DNA of 58,076 nucleotides from Candidatus Berkelbacteria bacterium (GTDB lineage Bacteria; Patescibacteriota; UBA1384; XYA2-FULL-43-10; CAINNR01). Below are positions 55,559 to 58,076 of the stretch, piece after piece. The DNA is taken from NCBI GenBank assembly GCA_026397235.1, contig JAPLVG010000014.1:1-58076 (forward strand), given 5' to 3'. The notes below the pieces were generated by a model. It was given only the letters and a program-made list of their open reading frames with translations, ran no database searches and had not been told where the DNA came from. Every line of letters starts with the position of its first letter. Within the stretch, counting starts at the first letter, position 1. Made by a program: the position numbers and the translations under genes.

Positions 55559-56122
55559 ATGAAAAATGATATTTGTCGTCAGGGGCGTTGTGAAATCAAT
55601 CTCGAAGAAGCACTGGCGATTTGCCGATTGATGGATGTGTGTAGAAAGCCACTGGAACACGTCCTTACCCAAAAGGGAATTCAAGAAGTTGGGTCAATCA
55701 GCCATGTTTTTGTGGACATCTCAATGGAACCACTTTCCCCGGTTGGCACTTTTTGCCAGAGTCAGTATTATCCGGATTTGATCCGGGCGGTCAAACAGCC
55801 ACCAACGGTTTGGACATGTACCAAGTTGCCGAACATGAAGATGCTGTCGGAACTGATCGAGGCGATGGAGTCTGGACTAAAATGTACCATCGAGACAACT
55901 GATTTGGGCGTTACTATCTCAATGAATGTTGACGGTGGTCGTGGGCGCTTGGTTTTGGAGGGTGTTGGTTCCATTGGTTGGAGCGAACAACTTCAATTAA
56001 GGTCAAGATTTTTTTCAGAAACCACCGCTGCTTTAACAATGTATCTGACCGACGTCGTGGTGCGTCTCAACCGTTTCCTGCCTTGGCTGATCAAGTTGGC
56101 TGGCGGGAAAGTCACAATTTAG
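55559..56122 (+). CDS. hypothetical Cys-rich protein, G+C-rich ORFan (187 aa)
   Basis: AGGTGA SD 7 nt before the ATG at 55559. TTGACT/16/TGC-TAAGCT promoter at 55491-55518. No family recognised. Confidence 0.5.
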   Translation: MKNDICRQGRCEINLEEALAICRLMDVCRKPLEHVLTQKGIQEVGSISHVFVDISMEPLSPVGTFCQSQYYPDLIRAVKQPPTVWTCTKLPNMKMLSELIEAMESGLKCTIETTDLGVTISMNVDGGRGRLVLEGVGSIGWSEQLQLRSRFFSETTAALTMYLTDVVVRLNRFLPWLIKLAGGKVTI

Positions 56123-56148
56123 TAGATTCCCGCCTCCGCGGGAATGAC
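56122..56148 (+). repeat. half copy (second hairpin) of the twin-hairpin element
   Basis: GTAGATTCCCGCCTCCGCGGGAATGAC; begins at the last base of the stop codon of 55559..56122. Confidence 0.7.
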
Positions 56149-56158
56149 AAACAACTTC

Positions 56159-56187
56159 GCGTCCCGAAACTTCGGGACGCTTTTTTT
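56159..56187 (+). terminator. rho-independent terminator
   Basis: GCGTCCCGAA-AC-TTCGGGACGC followed by T7. Same layout as 55376-55402 but a different stem sequence. Confidence 0.65.
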
Positions 56188-56195
56188 ATTGAGTT

Positions 56196-56265
56196 CAAAC
56201 TTTAGTTTGCGAAAAAACACGCTGAAGCGTGATCTCCAGAAAACGGAGTACAAACTTTAGTTTGC
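56196..56265 (+). repeat. ~72-nt direct repeat E, copy 2
   Basis: CAAACTTTAGTTTGCGAAAAAACACGCTGAAGCGTGATCTCCAGAA...CAAACTTTAGTTTGC. Confidence 0.75.
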
Positions 56266-56300
56266 TATTAACATGATAAATCATGGTCTCCAAAAATCGG

Positions 56301-57377
56301 CTATACATTAAATCGAAACAGTGTGACGTCACCGTCTTTAAAAATATAATTTTTACCTTCGGTTCGGACCATACCGTGAGAACGGGCACCGGTCCAACCA
56401 CCTTGGGCGTAGAGATCCTGCCAAGCAACAACTTCGGCGGCAATAAATCCACGTTCGAAATCAGTATGAATCACACTGGCTGCCTCGGGTGCCTTGGCAC
56501 CATTGCGAACGGTCCAAGCTCTGGTTTCCGGTTCACCGGAAGTAAAATATGTTATTAAATTTAGTGCTTTGTAGGCTTCTTTTATCAAGCGGTTGATGCC
56601 AGTATCGGCAATGCCAAGAGCTTCGAGGTATTCCTTTTTTTCCGCATCATTTAAATCATTTAGCTCTGACTCTATCTTTGCTGATATTGGAATTAAACTA
56701 ATTACTTCATTGTTCAACTGTTCAATTGTTCCATTGTTAATTAATTGATCCTCTGAACAGTTGGCAACGTACAAAACTGGTTTCATTGTCATTAACGCCA
56801 TTGATTTAATTAGCCGTATTTCATCCTCTGATAAGTCCGCTTCGCGGGCGTTTTTCCCATCGCAAAGTTTTTTGATAATTTTATCTAGCGCTTCTTTTTC
56901 TAGTTTAGCGTCCTTTGATCCACTTTTTATATCGCGGTCTAAATTGTATTGGCGTTTTTCGACTGTCGCAATGTCGGCAAGTTGTAGTTCGGTTTCAATT
57001 GTTTCAATGTCATCTTTTGGGTTAATTTTCCCCGCAACGTGAGTAACATTGTCGTCTTGAAAAAAGCGAACAACCATGGCTATGGCATCACATTCTCGAA
57101 TATGGGAAAGAAATTGGTTACCAAGCCCTTCGCCCTTTGACGCGCCACGAACTAAGCCGGCAATATCAACGAACTCAACGACAGTCGGAACAATTTTTTT
57201 AGATTTGGAAACTTTCGCCAAAGGTGCCAGTCTTTCGTCCGGAACTTCAACAATTCCAACATTGGGTTCAATGGTACAGAATGGGTAATTTGCCGCTTCT
57301 GCCTTTGAGCCCTTTACCAAGGCGTTGAAAAGAGTCGACTTTCCGACGTTGGGAAGACCAACAATAGCAATTTTCAT
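56301..57377 (-). CDS. ychF: ribosome-binding ATPase YchF
   Basis: MKIAIVGLPNVGKSTLFNAL, DIAGLV, and the TGS-like C-terminus (RAWTVRNGAKAPEAASVIHTDFERGFI). Confidence 0.95.
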   Translation of the reverse strand: MKIAIVGLPNVGKSTLFNALVKGSKAEAANYPFCTIEPNVGIVEVPDERLAPLAKVSKSKKIVPTVVEFVDIAGLVRGASKGEGLGNQFLSHIRECDAIAMVVRFFQDDNVTHVAGKINPKDDIETIETELQLADIATVEKRQYNLDRDIKSGSKDAKLEKEALDKIIKKLCDGKNAREADLSEDEIRLIKSMALMTMKPVLYVANCSEDQLINNGTIEQLNNEVISLIPISAKIESELNDLNDAEKKEYLEALGIADTGINRLIKEAYKALNLITYFTSGEPETRAWTVRNGAKAPEAASVIHTDFERGFIAAEVVAWQDLYAQGGWTGARSHGMVRTEGKNYIFKDGDVTLFRFNV

Positions 57378-57388
57378 AAAATCTCCTA

Positions 57389-57857
57389 CAAGAATGGACA
57401 GCGAACTAAAACTAATGGCGAAAAGCGAATGAAATCAATACAGATTAGGGATTCTTTTTGTCCTTACTCCAGTTTTTGTAAACCGATATATCATTCCTAA
57501 TTTTTTCTCACTGGTTTTTAAATAACGAAAAATTTGCGAACAAACCTGCTTGTAATTAGCGTCGTTAGCTTTCAGTTCAACGATAACTTTATTTTCGATC
57601 AGGAAATCGAAGAAATACTTCTTGACAACTTTTTCCTCCACTTTTATCGGAAAATATAATTCTCGCGAAAAATCAATATTTTCTTTCTCTAGCAAAATCG
57701 CAAAAGCATCAGCATAAACTTTTTCATTTTGACCATGACCGACTAAATCGTTAACTTTATAAGCGATGCCGGTGAGTTTATATGATAGATCTTTGAAAAT
57801 CAAGTCTGTCATTTTGTTGGTTGTTCGTTGTTAGTTTTAGTTCGCTGTCCATTCTTG
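57389..57857 (-). mobile_element. inverted-repeat-bounded GxxExxY gene cassette (second type)
   Basis: Perfect 27-bp inverted repeats CAAGAATGGACAGCGAACTAAAACTAA at 57389-57415 and 57831-57857 enclose the gene. The repeat sequence is unrelated to that of cassette 1. Confidence 0.6.
57435..57812 (-). CDS. GxxExxY-family protein (PD-(D/E)XK-like)
   Basis: GHGQNEKVYADAFAILL (GxxExxY), DFLIENKVIVELKA (D...E.K), 125 aa. Confidence 0.8.
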   Translation of the reverse strand: MTDLIFKDLSYKLTGIAYKVNDLVGHGQNEKVYADAFAILLEKENIDFSRELYFPIKVEEKVVKKYFFDFLIENKVIVELKANDANYKQVCSQIFRYLKTSEKKLGMIYRFTKTGVRTKRIPNLY

Positions 57858-57928
57858 ATATTATCCCAGATATGGCTGGAAGTAAAGAAAAAATTCTGAT
57901 ATTATTTTTGACAAAGAGGTGATAGCTG

Positions 57929-58076
57929 ATGGCCAAGGCCCAACTTTGGACGAAAACTAGAGAGGAGTTTCTTTCCCCACACGAAGAACCACACGAGTTG
58001 GGTCAACTGCCAAATCCGTCATCGGAAAATCGCCGAATCCGCGACAAACTGGGACGGTTTGTTCGTGGTACAAAAC
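57929..58076 (+). CDS. hypothetical protein, N-terminal part only (runs off the right edge), G+C-rich
   Basis: Own translation MAKAQLWTKTREEFLSPHEEPHELGQLPNPSSENRRIRDKLGRFVRGTK..., with AGAGGTGA SD 6 nt upstream. Open to the window end. Confidence 0.4.
   Translation, partial: MAKAQLWTKTREEFLSPHEEPHELGQLPNPSSENRRIRDKLGRFVRGTK

Overview
AT-rich (by eye about 35-40% G+C, not computed), gene-dense bacterial chromosome segment read with the standard genetic code. Core genes present: dnaE, rpmA, rplS, yraN, gltX, dnaX, dnaB, pyrG, groES-groEL, efp, rpsF-ssb-rpsR, ychF. Low-complexity tails on core proteins, a pilus-like gene pair and many ORFans suggest a small-genome, CPR/Patescibacteria-like organism; this is inference, since no rRNA lies in the window. 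Main observations: (1) A ~5.5-kb integrated element (17713-23259) sits at the 3' end of tRNA-Glu. It carries a large serine recombinase, a replication-relaxation-like protein, an XRE repressor with a shared operator-like motif, and a duplicated promoter. The -35/-10 spacer of that promoter is an (ACT)n microsatellite (8 units = 17 nt, 10 units = 23 nt), a candidate phase-variation switch. (2) About fourteen discrete G+C-rich segments lie between AT-rich core genes. Most are one- or two-gene ORFan cassettes with their own TTGACA/17/TGn-extended -10 promoter, GGAGGTG-type SD and terminator, and two are bracketed by long direct repeats. (3) Several structured repeat families occur. 'Triple-word' palindromes (CACAGA/TCTGTG, CACGGA/TCCGTG, CCACAAAT/ATTTGTGG) sit at operon junctions; two long inverted-repeat pairs of this kind enclose a GxxExxY (PD-(D/E)XK-like) gene, and one ORF-less miniature copy is present. 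A 65-nt twin-hairpin element is read through in frame inside a methyltransferase gene, and a 30-nt repeat is in frame in both dnaX and rpsF. (4) Two ORF-free G+C-rich structured regions are either ncRNAs or decayed cassettes. Also present: a surface-glycan cluster with three tandem Wzy/O-antigen-ligase-like genes, an HU-fusion/PilX-like pair, and a membrane-pyrophosphatase homologue lacking the catalytic motifs. I recognised no CRISPR array, rRNA, reverse transcriptase or known defence system. All family calls rest on motif recognition by eye, without database searches.
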